A stretch of 64,000 nt of DNA from sequence record NC_021531.1; one strand, 5' to 3'. Shown piece after piece: positions 28,161-36,894 of this stretch. A program made the position numbers and the translations under genes. The notes beneath the pieces were generated by a model. The model did not search any database. It saw only the letters and a list, made by a program, of their open reading frames with translations, and was not told the DNA's origin. Every line of letters starts with the position of its first letter. Positions within the stretch are counted from its first letter, which is position 1.

Positions 28161-29213
28161 ATGGACCTTTTAGACCATGACTTGGACAGAGACTTTGCCG
28201 TACTGTCGGAAGACTTCGAAACAGTGCTGGCACTCGAGTCCTTAGGCGTTAAGCCGCATGACGTAGCACTGCTCACCATTGCTAACCGTTGGGTTGCTCG
28301 CGAGTATTACGGCGAAGGTGGCGTTGCATTAGGTAAACGTATCACGAAAGATGCGGCGAAAGCCGCACTCCGTGGTGCGGCAACTGGCACTAAGAAACTT
28401 TCATCACATTTGGCCAATACTTTTATGGAGTGGGCTAAAGCACGCGACGGACAAATCCGCGCGAAGCTTGCCGACGCCACATCGAAGGGCGAAACCCTCC
28501 GGGGTAAAACGGCTAAACTCCAATCGCACGTTCTCGGTTTGAAGTCGCTCAATAAGCACGACGTGAAAACCGGGAGCTGGACCTCCAAAGTTTGTCAGGA
28601 AGATAAGGTCAATGTACAAGCATGCATTCAATTGGCTCATGGCCATGCTAGTCTCGACGATATTGTCGAAGCCTATACCGTATTCACCAAATCCGTTCTC
28701 AAGGGTCCGGCCAAACGTGAAGGTAATGGGCTTACCAAACTCGGCCACTCCACCGCCAGCGCTGTAAAACGTGCCTCAGGCATTCTCGGCTTATTGCACA
28801 CCAAATCCGTTGATGGGTATCCACTGCCCGGTAACGTCTTTGTTGTGGTGTCTAATCCCGGCACCCGCACTGAGCGTGTACAGTTCGCTGTAGCCCGTGA
28901 TGGTGAATATGGCGACACTGTCCCGTCGTTATCCTTGCAGCAGTGTAAGGACGCGTTAAATGCCGCAGAGACGCTCAGTAAAGCTATCTATCAGCGCGGT
29001 ACGAAACGTGGCGTATTTTCCTACAGCGGCATTTACGACAACATCCAATCTATTGAGGGTGAACTCGACCGCGACGACATTTCCAATCGTGAAGTGCATG
29101 AGATTACTCAGCGCTACAAAAACGCGATTGAAATCGAGGATGCCATTACCACGGCGTTGGTACGTGTAACCGAAGGGTTGCTGGAATACGTCCAGCGTTC
29201 AATCAAATCCTAA
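28161..29213 (+). CDS. putative internal head (ejection/inner-body) protein with cleaved propeptide
   Basis: Acidic N-terminus ending in VLALE-S, like the A/S/G-x-E prohead protease sites of phiKZ/SPN3US head proteins; basic mature region; stand-alone transcription unit. Confidence 0.6.
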   Translation: MDLLDHDLDRDFAVLSEDFETVLALESLGVKPHDVALLTIANRWVAREYYGEGGVALGKRITKDAAKAALRGAATGTKKLSSHLANTFMEWAKARDGQIRAKLADATSKGETLRGKTAKLQSHVLGLKSLNKHDVKTGSWTSKVCQEDKVNVQACIQLAHGHASLDDIVEAYTVFTKSVLKGPAKREGNGLTKLGHSTASAVKRASGILGLLHTKSVDGYPLPGNVFVVVSNPGTRTERVQFAVARDGEYGDTVPSLSLQQCKDALNAAETLSKAIYQRGTKRGVFSYSGIYDNIQSIEGELDRDDISNREVHEITQRYKNAIEIEDAITTALVRVTEGLLEYVQRSIKS

Positions 29214-29215
29214 AT

Positions 29216-29243
29216 AAAGGGGCTTCGGCCCTTTTATTTTTTT
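29216..29243 (+). terminator. intrinsic terminator, UUCG loop
   Basis: aaaggggc-ttcg-gcccttt plus T tract. Confidence 0.8.
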
Positions 29244-29264
29244 AATACATGAAGGTGTCCTTAT

Positions 29265-29741
29265 ATGGGCGAAATACGAGATGTCGAATTTGTGGTGTTT
29301 ACGGATATGGAGAGTGGTCTGTATCGCCAGCTTGAACCGCAACTTTTGAAGTTGCAGGAAGAGTTAACAAAGCAGGAGCTGACATCTAGCTTCGCCGCTT
29401 TAGGGATTGACATGGGTGACTTTACCATCCCGCCCGTGAATCCGGGTTGGTGGAAAGGTTCCCTGTTGGTTGCTTACAATGAAGACCGTGTCCATGGGAT
29501 GCTTAGCATTCGTCCAGACACCTCGGCTGAGCAGGCTAAGATTACCAATGTCATCGTCCATCGAGACTCTCGCGGGTTTGGTATTGCAACGGAGCTTATG
29601 AACCGTGCGACTGAACAAGCAAAGGGTGAAGGGTTTACTACCGTCACTTTGGATGTGATGCACGACAACACAATTGCTGAAGAGTTCTATCGGAAGTTGG
29701 GTTACGCGCAGCTCACCAAAAAGATGTTTAAATACCTTTAA
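29265..29741 (+). CDS. GNAT-family acetyltransferase
   Basis: ITNVIVHRDSRGFGIATELM; LDVMHDNTIAEEFYRKLGY. Confidence 0.9.
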   Translation: MGEIRDVEFVVFTDMESGLYRQLEPQLLKLQEELTKQELTSSFAALGIDMGDFTIPPVNPGWWKGSLLVAYNEDRVHGMLSIRPDTSAEQAKITNVIVHRDSRGFGIATELMNRATEQAKGEGFTTVTLDVMHDNTIAEEFYRKLGYAQLTKKMFKYL

Positions 29742-29799
29742 GTTCAATAAAAACAATAAGTTACTGTAGTATGGATACGCAAGCAGAGGAGTTTTTGGT

Positions 29800-30432
29800 A
29801 TGGTTTGTATTAAAAACGCTGTTGCAAGCGAAGGACGCCGCTACACCTTTAAAGTTAAGCGCTATTCGCTACCAGTTCATCTAGGCTGGACTGCCGTGCG
29901 GTTGTGGGGTAGGATTTGGAACCTCCCGCCCGGTTTGACTCGCCACCTCGAAGTGGAGTATATCGACCGTGTCTTTCGAGACGGTCCATCTCCACAGCTC
30001 CGTAACTTTGAATCCGTCTGCGCGTTACGTCCTACTGGGCAGACTACAGACGCGACAAAGCCGGGGGTGTATTGGGACGGCGCTAACCTTTTTCACGTTG
30101 GTCGAAAATGCTCTAAACCCAGTGTTACCGAAGTGATAGTGGAAACCGAAAAACAACGCTTCATTGGAATCGAAATCGCAGTCGAGAAAGACGGGGCCGA
30201 GTTACGGTATCAACTACTTACTGATAAGGACGTGGATATTAGGACGTTCTACAAATATCTCTTATTTCAGAAGCACCGTATTTCGGTGCGCGGCGTATCT
30301 GGCGCGTTTGGTAATTTCGCCACGATGCGTTTTGGACGTGATAAACGTTTGGAGGGTGAATGTATTACCACGAACTTAGACGGTACACGACTGCGCTTGC
30401 CGCAGCCCGAACCGCAAAAGATAACAGCCTAG
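29800..30432 (+). CDS. hypothetical protein
   Basis: GAGGAG SD; 210 aa. Confidence 0.7.
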   Translation: MVCIKNAVASEGRRYTFKVKRYSLPVHLGWTAVRLWGRIWNLPPGLTRHLEVEYIDRVFRDGPSPQLRNFESVCALRPTGQTTDATKPGVYWDGANLFHVGRKCSKPSVTEVIVETEKQRFIGIEIAVEKDGAELRYQLLTDKDVDIRTFYKYLLFQKHRISVRGVSGAFGNFATMRFGRDKRLEGECITTNLDGTRLRLPQPEPQKITA

Positions 30433-30731
30433 CCGATGTCAAGGCTGCACTGGAGTCGATTGAGAACCCCCCGATTGTTATTCTGCAGGAGCGGAAAATC
30501 GGACGGTCTACTCAGGCGCATCTGCGTGTGGCTATCGGTAATGACTGTTTTCACTTGCGTTGCGTTATCAGCGAGCTTGCGTTTGCGATAATGCGTTCGA
30601 GTGTGAGTATCGATGGCACGAGAAAAGAGTGGTGCTGGAATAACAAACCAGTGGACTTTAAATTTGATGCAACAGACGAAGAACGTCAGACGCTGCATTC
30701 GTTTATAGCCGCAATCATTAACGCGTTATAG
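30360..30731 (+). CDS. hypothetical protein (start uncertain)
   Basis: GGAGG SD; overlaps the upstream gene by 73 nt. Confidence 0.55.
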   Translation: MYYHELRRYTTALAAARTAKDNSLADVKAALESIENPPIVILQERKIGRSTQAHLRVAIGNDCFHLRCVISELAFAIMRSSVSIDGTRKEWCWNNKPVDFKFDATDEERQTLHSFIAAIINAL

Positions 30732-30739
30732 GTGCTGTT

Positions 30740-31342
30740 ATGATTTTAGAATCTCTTTTACGAATTACCAGAGCTCGCTTTAAAGAATCTGGGAAGTTGC
30801 CTGCACACGTGACTATCCGTCGTCACGGTTTTGAGCGTAAGTATCACATCACAACTATCGTGGCTATCGCCTCCCGTATCGCCGGTAAGAAGCGTACGAT
30901 TGGCGTTAGTGATGAACAGAACGCGGCGTGCATGATCCGTATTGCCAGTCGTGAAATGTATAAGTACCGCAAACAGTCCCCGGTCGCTTGCTGGGCTTTG
31001 CGCGATGTCGAAAAAACTCCGTTGCCTGCGGCGGCACGTGTTATCGACCTGCGTGAAGACTATTGCAACGTCGAAGGTCTGGTGCTTGACCGCTTAATGC
31101 GTGTCATTAAAGCCGACCAGTCAGGTGAGTGTTCGCAACAGCACGGTGTCGCGGCAGTTCAAAAGCTGCTGGAAACGGACATCATCATTGTTAACACCCC
31201 GCTCGAATCTGCACGTATGCAAGATTACCTTGCTCGTCGTGTTCTCAAGCCGGTCGTGGTAACAGGGGAAGAAATCGCGGGTTACTACGACGCGCCGGTT
31301 ACAAAGGGCGAGTGGAGTAAACCCACTGTAGCGTACGGTTAA
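30740..31342 (+). CDS. hypothetical protein
   Basis: AGGT SD; 200 aa. Confidence 0.7.
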   Translation: MILESLLRITRARFKESGKLPAHVTIRRHGFERKYHITTIVAIASRIAGKKRTIGVSDEQNAACMIRIASREMYKYRKQSPVACWALRDVEKTPLPAAARVIDLREDYCNVEGLVLDRLMRVIKADQSGECSQQHGVAAVQKLLETDIIIVNTPLESARMQDYLARRVLKPVVVTGEEIAGYYDAPVTKGEWSKPTVAYG

Positions 31343-31346
31343 TAAA

Positions 31347-31994
31347 ATGCAAAAGCCTTTTGTTATTGCTATAGGCGGTCCCGATTATGGTGGGAAGTCT
31401 ACTTTTTGTAAGTCAGTAACGGAACTACTGGCCGCGTCTGGGTACAAAGCAGTGACTATCGGTTTCCCTAGCACGACTGAGCTAGGTCTGGCTGCCCGTG
31501 AATCTATCCGGGCAGGTGAGCCTGCTGAAGTGCAAGCGGCGAAACTGATAGCCGACTTCAAATCGCACCTGAACACGTTCGGGAAAAGCGATGCGGATGT
31601 CATCCTTCTTGACCATTTCGTTATCTCAACGATTATGCATCAGGGGGACGCTGGAAAAGCGGCTGTCTTTAACAGTGCGATACTGCGCCACAACTACGCC
31701 CCGTCAGTCTTCGTGGAAATTACCTGCGACTACGAGACAATGCTTCAACGTGCGAAAGCGCGCTTCGAAGAGAAGGGTGAAACGTGGGACGATGTGTTGA
31801 CTGCGAAATACACCGCGTCACCGGAGAAGTGGGAAGCCTTAGTGCAGCGAAGTGAATTCGCCCACCGTATAGTCACCGAATCAGGAGAACGTCGTGAGTG
31901 GATTCGTCTGAGTCCACATTGGCAAACCAGCGATGCGTTGCAGCTGGTCCTGAAGTTGGTGAATACGTTTGAGCACGAACGCCAGCCTGCTTAA
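31347..31994 (+). CDS. tmk: thymidylate kinase-like dNMP kinase (divergent)
   Basis: IAIGGPDYGGKST P-loop, FPS..ELG, LLDHFVIS (canonical DR..S), P.VFVEI.CD...L.R. Confidence 0.75.
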   Translation: MQKPFVIAIGGPDYGGKSTFCKSVTELLAASGYKAVTIGFPSTTELGLAARESIRAGEPAEVQAAKLIADFKSHLNTFGKSDADVILLDHFVISTIMHQGDAGKAAVFNSAILRHNYAPSVFVEITCDYETMLQRAKARFEEKGETWDDVLTAKYTASPEKWEALVQRSEFAHRIVTESGERREWIRLSPHWQTSDALQLVLKLVNTFEHERQPA

Positions 31995-32000
31995 GATGTG

Positions 32001-32038
32001 CGTCCTGACTTCGGTCAGGACGTCATCAATTATTTTTT
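32001..32038 (+). terminator. intrinsic terminator, UUCG loop
   Basis: cgtcctgac-ttcg-gtcaggacg plus T-rich tract. Confidence 0.85.
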
Positions 32039-32061
32039 CAGATATATTTTATTTTGATGAA
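32037..32061 (+). promoter_or_regulatory. variant early-type promoter upstream of the tandem-GNAT operon
   Basis: ttcagatatattttattttgatgaa resembles tcagatatatattacttttgtgaa. Confidence 0.5.
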
Positions 32062-32109
32062 AATAACATGGTATCGCCATGCTATGCCGAAGAACCGTGG
32101 AGCTTTAAA

Positions 32110-32967
32110 ATGAAAACCGTGGAATTAACTTTGTCCCATTTACATCGCAGTGAATGGATTAAGCAACTGAATGCGATGTCCGATAAGTACCCTGTTCGTA
32201 AGACGTTACTCGACATGAAAAAGAAAGACGTCAAGATTGCGATACAGGTAACAGACGATAAAAAGCTCCTTGCCTTTTTAGCCATGATGGACGGCGTACA
32301 GGAAGGCGACGCTGTGGGTCTGTGCTTCGGCAATGCGCCAGCCGCTACCGCTGATTTTGCTGGAGAGGCCATGCGCCTTTTCAACTACAAGGTACTGCGT
32401 ATGCAAGTACCACAGAAACACTTCCACCCAGAAGCAGAACGTCTGGGCATCCTGAAGAACTTTACCATGCTGCATCGTCGTGGCGTGTATGACGGTGAAC
32501 CGGTTGAAGATGTTGAACTGGTAAGTGGGGAAATATTCCCGTCAGTAGATGCGCGTGACATTGTTAAGATGCGTGACTTACTGACGTATGCGGTGAGCGT
32601 GGAGGAGAAATTCGACCGCTTAGGCCGTGACCACTTAAGTCACTATAGCAGCCAGCATGTGATTGGGCGTATGGAGAGCTTTGGCTTCTTTGCGCTTGTC
32701 CATCGCTGTGAAGGGGAAGTGGTGGGGATGATTACGGCACAAGCCGGGTCAGAGTTTATAGAAATTAATGGCTTGGCGGTGGCAGCAGAACACCAACGCA
32801 AAGGCATTGGCACCAAACTGGTAAAAGGTCTGATGCATCTGGTCAAAGAGTATTACGACCAGACCGCTGCAATGGTCTTTACCAATAACGTAGGTTCGAT
32901 TGCTCTGTTTGAAAAATTAGGATTCGTTGAAGAGTCCGCCCTATTCATGAAAATCATTGAGGATTAA
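32110..32967 (+). CDS. tandem-GNAT protein (degenerate N-domain, intact C-domain)
   Basis: GGAG SD; C-domain INGLAVAAEHQRKGIGTKLV and TNNVGSIALFEKLGF. Confidence 0.85.
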   Translation: MKTVELTLSHLHRSEWIKQLNAMSDKYPVRKTLLDMKKKDVKIAIQVTDDKKLLAFLAMMDGVQEGDAVGLCFGNAPAATADFAGEAMRLFNYKVLRMQVPQKHFHPEAERLGILKNFTMLHRRGVYDGEPVEDVELVSGEIFPSVDARDIVKMRDLLTYAVSVEEKFDRLGRDHLSHYSSQHVIGRMESFGFFALVHRCEGEVVGMITAQAGSEFIEINGLAVAAEHQRKGIGTKLVKGLMHLVKEYYDQTAAMVFTNNVGSIALFEKLGFVEESALFMKIIED

Positions 32968-32970
32968 TTA

Positions 32971-33828
32971 ATGGAATATGCACTGTTAGATGTCACCAGT
33001 AACGACCCGATGCCGCTGGTACCGGAAGAAATGCAGCATGCTATCGTTGGCATGACAATGCAAGGCGGTAAGGTTTTCGTTGCTGAAGATAAAGAAGCCG
33101 GCGAAGTCCGCGGTATTCTTGGTGTATTCCCTTCCTACATTCCGACTGCGCTGGAAATCGGGATGATGTACACGTTCGGCGATGAGAACGCTATCACGCC
33201 GGAATTCATTAAGCACGTGCTCACCACGCTGGAGTGCGATACGTTACGTTGTCAGATGCGTGATGACCCTTCCCGTGAAATGGTGGCGGCTCTGGGCTTT
33301 AAGCAGGAAACCACTATCTACGCAACTGACCTCGCGGACGGCGACACCGAAGCGGATATCGTGTCTGTTGCCGGTGATAAGTTCGATTACCTGACGCCCG
33401 AGCAGGTTGAGCAGATTCGCATGCTCATTCGCGTCGGTGGGGCTGAAGAAGCTTCCTTTACAGGTAAGCCACATACCCCGTCCGATGAAGACATCGAAAT
33501 CATGCTGCAGACCGTCAAAGATGCACAGGTCGATTTGCTGCTGCGGATTATCGATGAGAAGGTCGTTGGGTTGTTGGCCGTAGAACCCTGCCCGGGCCAT
33601 GCGACTATTACTTGCTTGACGGTACACCCTGAATATCGTTTACAGGGTATCGGTCGTAAGCTGGTGAATCGTGCGGCGATTGAGTACATCCGCAATGACG
33701 GCGAACTGCTACTGGCAAACGTAATGGAATGCACTCCGCATCTGAAAGAGTTTGCCTACTCGATCAAGATGGTGCCGGTTGCTACAGTTCACAAATTCGT
33801 TCTGCTGGAGGAGAAGGAGGCAGCATGA
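32971..33828 (+). CDS. tandem-GNAT protein (degenerate N-domain, intact motif A in C-domain)
   Basis: ITCLTVHPEYRLQGIGRKLV; N-domain EVRGILGVF...ALGFK. Confidence 0.85.
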   Translation: MEYALLDVTSNDPMPLVPEEMQHAIVGMTMQGGKVFVAEDKEAGEVRGILGVFPSYIPTALEIGMMYTFGDENAITPEFIKHVLTTLECDTLRCQMRDDPSREMVAALGFKQETTIYATDLADGDTEADIVSVAGDKFDYLTPEQVEQIRMLIRVGGAEEASFTGKPHTPSDEDIEIMLQTVKDAQVDLLLRIIDEKVVGLLAVEPCPGHATITCLTVHPEYRLQGIGRKLVNRAAIEYIRNDGELLLANVMECTPHLKEFAYSIKMVPVATVHKFVLLEEKEAA

Positions 33829-34712
33829 TTGTTGCAGGACACAAATCGGATCTCCCGTTAGTAGTCTGGGAGAGTGCAAGCAAGAAAATGCCGGATGAGC
33901 TTCTCCGGCAGTCTCGTTTCCCTAACGTCAAGTTCATTATTGAAACCGACGACGACGGGGAAGTGATTGCTTTTGCCGCTGGCGAGTCGACGATGGTTTA
34001 TTACGTCATGGCCGGCATTTACAGTGTCAACGATTCCCCTAGTCCAGAGTTCATGGAAGTGGGGATGCGACAACTCAACCTTCAGGTTGCGACGTTGCCG
34101 GTAGAATCCGATGAGCACGTCTTCGAACAGATGGGCTTTAAAGTAATCCACCGGTTGTACGCCTCGACCCCGGAAGTGCCACTCCAGACTCCTGAGTTTA
34201 TCACGAGTATGGATATGGTGCCGATGATTGATTGGCCAAAGTACGAAATGTTGATGGCAATGGATTTGGAACTGGCGCAGCCGACAGAAAGTGGCCGCGG
34301 TTACGAAAAACCAATGCGTGAGCTTTTCGAGCAGATAAAAGCCAATCCCGAACTGGCGATCGTTAAACTGAAAGACGGGCGACTGCACGGGGTCATGATG
34401 TTGATGAAATCCCTGATGCGCCCCGACGATTGTACTCCGTTGTTGCAGACCGAATTGTACGTCCCTAAGGCGTTACTCTCACTGCCAACGGATGACGGAA
34501 TCAGCAACCCTAATGAGATGCTGCACTACGCAACTCGTCTTTTAGAGTCGCAAAATAAACGAATGGTCATCCAATCTGAAGACCCTGCGGGCGAATTATA
34601 TTTGCGCGATACGCTGAAATACCAATATATTTACAGCACGTGCCAGTATTACGTTCCCGACGAGTCTGAAGTGACCGAACCTGCCACACATGCTATGGAC
34701 GACCCATCCTAA
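33825..34712 (+). CDS. tandem-GNAT-fold protein, probably catalytically degenerate
   Basis: ATGA overlap with GGAGG SD; same architecture (GEVIAFA...EQMGFK; GRLHGVMML...LYV) but no R/QxxGxG motif. Confidence 0.6.
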   Translation: MIVAGHKSDLPLVVWESASKKMPDELLRQSRFPNVKFIIETDDDGEVIAFAAGESTMVYYVMAGIYSVNDSPSPEFMEVGMRQLNLQVATLPVESDEHVFEQMGFKVIHRLYASTPEVPLQTPEFITSMDMVPMIDWPKYEMLMAMDLELAQPTESGRGYEKPMRELFEQIKANPELAIVKLKDGRLHGVMMLMKSLMRPDDCTPLLQTELYVPKALLSLPTDDGISNPNEMLHYATRLLESQNKRMVIQSEDPAGELYLRDTLKYQYIYSTCQYYVPDESEVTEPATHAMDDPS

Positions 34713-34791
34713 GGCAATACCGCTTAATAAGCGGACGTGTGGGAATTTTATTCTCAACCAAGCTTGCGCAATAATCCATTATGGAGTAACC

Positions 34792-35058
34792 ATGAGTCAG
34801 AATATTAACCGCAAAGTCAGTGCCAAGAAAGACGTGTACTATGCCGTAGGTGAAGTCGTTCGCGCGGTAATCGATAAGGAGCAAGTCCTTCACCTCGCAG
34901 TGCCTAGCGAAGTCACACGTGCAGATCGCCGCATGTTGGACAAGCTGGTCATCAAAGCAAAAGCGCGCGACGGTGTTCGTAGCGTCAAGGAAGTCCCGGG
35001 TACTGTGATGGAACTGGTAGACGGTGAGATCCATGTAAGACGTGGCGCGGCGGCCTAA
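34792..35058 (+). CDS. small basic hypothetical protein
   Basis: GGAG SD before ATG 34792. Confidence 0.7.
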   Translation: MSQNINRKVSAKKDVYYAVGEVVRAVIDKEQVLHLAVPSEVTRADRRMLDKLVIKAKARDGVRSVKEVPGTVMELVDGEIHVRRGAAA

Positions 35059-35266
35059 GGCTGTCTACGAGCACCTGAGCGACGACTATACGTCACTCAA
35101 GGGGGTTCGTATGGCTGTATCTATCCTGACGGGTGCATTAATCTCCGCGTTCGTATGGGAATGCTTATCTTGGTTTTTCAAACTGGGTGGTGTTCCCGTA
35201 CTTCAGCGTGTGGGTATGATGGGCATGTGGTTTGGCTTCTACTATGCCCTCTTTCACATTGATTAA
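35042..35266 (+). CDS. small two-TM membrane protein
   Basis: Two hydrophobic segments; start uncertain. Confidence 0.6.
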   Translation: MARRPKAVYEHLSDDYTSLKGVRMAVSILTGALISAFVWECLSWFFKLGGVPVLQRVGMMGMWFGFYYALFHID

Positions 35267-35305
35267 AAATAACAAGCTTCACGATTTCTCTGGGAGTGGA
35301 GAATC

Positions 35306-35494
35306 ATGTCGTATAACGTAGCAATCGTTCCACAACGTAAATTTGGAGCGGCGCGTCGTATTAGCGCAATTCAACTTTACGCACAGCGCAATAATCTCGA
35401 CTACAACGTAGCAGCAAGTCAGCTGGCGCAAACGCCTCTCAACGATATCCTTCGTGAGCTCGGTCTTTTACCGAAACAAGAAGCTGCAGTGTAG
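35306..35494 (+). CDS. small hypothetical protein
   Basis: GGAG SD; 62 aa; followed by a UUCG terminator. Confidence 0.7.
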   Translation: MSYNVAIVPQRKFGAARRISAIQLYAQRNNLDYNVAASQLAQTPLNDILRELGLLPKQEAAV

Positions 35495-35502
35495 CACTCA
35501 GG

Positions 35503-35539
35503 CGTCCTCTTCGGGGGACGTCATTTTCTATTTTTTTAT
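35503..35539 (+). terminator. intrinsic terminator, UUCG loop
   Basis: cgtcctc-ttcg-ggggacg plus T-rich tract. Confidence 0.8.
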
Positions 35540-35550
35540 TTGGAGTAATC

Positions 35551-35970
35551 ATGAAAACTTCTCGAATGTTAGAAGATGTGTTAATGGGACATGGGGCACA
35601 GGGCCATATCGTTGATGACTTCATTGCAGCATCTCGCGTAATTTATCGTATTCGACCGAGCAAGCTGAAACCCGGCCAGCGGGACATGGTCTTCGGTCAC
35701 GGTGCTTTGAAGATATCTTACATTCGTCTCAATCTGGGCAAGATGTTAGACGGTTACAATATCGTGGTGTATAACCCAGAAGACCCGCCGATTGATATCA
35801 TTAGTCGCACCTTACACCTGCAGGACTTACAGGACTTAAAGGTCAGCCCAATAAAGTACGACAAGAAACGACGCAAGCATTTTATTTCTATTGCGGCTAT
35901 ACGTGGTTCAAACGTTTACGTCGGTGGTGGTAGGGTATACTTACATCTCGTAGACCCCAATGCCAAATAA
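35551..35970 (+). CDS. hypothetical protein
   Basis: GGAG SD; 139 aa. Confidence 0.7.
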   Translation: MKTSRMLEDVLMGHGAQGHIVDDFIAASRVIYRIRPSKLKPGQRDMVFGHGALKISYIRLNLGKMLDGYNIVVYNPEDPPIDIISRTLHLQDLQDLKVSPIKYDKKRRKHFISIAAIRGSNVYVGGGRVYLHLVDPNAK

Positions 35971-35978
35971 AAAATACA

Positions 35979-36019
35979 TTAGTGCGCAAACTTATGCGCA
36001 CTAAACACTTTATTTTTTT
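35979..36019 (+). terminator. hairpin/terminator
   Basis: ttagtgcgca-aactta-tgcgcactaa plus T tract; A run upstream. Confidence 0.75.
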
Positions 36020-36031
36020 GTGGAGTATCCA

Positions 36032-36466
36032 ATGGATAATAAAGGTTATGTTGAATGTTCGAAGGTGGTGCATGAATACGCTGCCCGCTCAGAACAAAAA
36101 TTGTTAGCGCTAGGTGTTATACGTGGCGTTGCTTCATTAACCGATGAAGATCTAATCGCCACAGGTTACCGCGAACGTTTTGATATTATTCTCATGACGT
36201 TGGGCGCAGCGGGTTTGGAATTGAACCTCACCCCTGATGAGATAACACTGGGTCTCGAAGCACCTCTCGCTAAAGGTGAGACGGTTGTTGGGGTTGCATG
36301 GGAAATGGCCACGGCGTTGACTACCGCCGTTAATGACCCGACCAATGCACTTGAGGCGTATATAGCCGCATGGGGCTGCATCAAGACTTTGATGTCGTTA
36401 TGCATGCTTGACTTTGAAGAGTACATGCAGACTTTCTCGTTTTTAAGAGGTTTGAAATCCGAATGA
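36032..36466 (+). CDS. helical hypothetical protein, paralogue of the next gene
   Basis: GGAG SD; shares LG...L...DDI.L.L..P and KTL......DF motifs with 36463-36885. Confidence 0.7.
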   Translation: MDNKGYVECSKVVHEYAARSEQKLLALGVIRGVASLTDEDLIATGYRERFDIILMTLGAAGLELNLTPDEITLGLEAPLAKGETVVGVAWEMATALTTAVNDPTNALEAYIAAWGCIKTLMSLCMLDFEEYMQTFSFLRGLKSE

Positions 36467-36885
36467 ATATTGAACACTTTGTCGTCCGTGCTCGTCAGTT
36501 TGATAATAACGAGCCTAATAAAACCCCTGCCAATAAACTAGCATTGGACTTCGCCGCCCACGTCAACTTCATGACGACAACAGACTACGCTCGCACCCGC
36601 GCAGTTGAACATGCTGAGGCCGCATTACGCATTGTGACTCTGTTGGGTATTCGTCTTGGCTTAGAGGATGATGATATCGAACTGGCTTTACATACGCCGG
36701 GCACCACTCTCTACAGCCACATGTTTGAGGCAGGTTTTGCCAGTGTTTCTGCGGCAATCGAATCTATTTCAGATGAGCGAATGAAACTTCGCAGCTGGCT
36801 TTTTGCCGTGTGCTCTTTCAAAACGTTATTGACTATCCTCAATATCGACTTCGACAAAACGTTAACCGATTTCATTCTGGTGTAA
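36463..36885 (+). CDS. helical hypothetical protein, paralogue of the previous gene
   Basis: ATGA overlap; shared motifs as above. Confidence 0.7.
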   Translation: MNIEHFVVRARQFDNNEPNKTPANKLALDFAAHVNFMTTTDYARTRAVEHAEAALRIVTLLGIRLGLEDDDIELALHTPGTTLYSHMFEAGFASVSAAIESISDERMKLRSWLFAVCSFKTLLTILNIDFDKTLTDFILV

Positions 36886-36894
36886 GGAACGACT

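Noticed and set aside
31969-32109. Upstream extensions in the ORF track (also 28065, 33729, 34690, 43488, 52604, 15018, 15056)
   Set aside because: They run across terminators or other genes; downstream ATGs have clear SD sequences.
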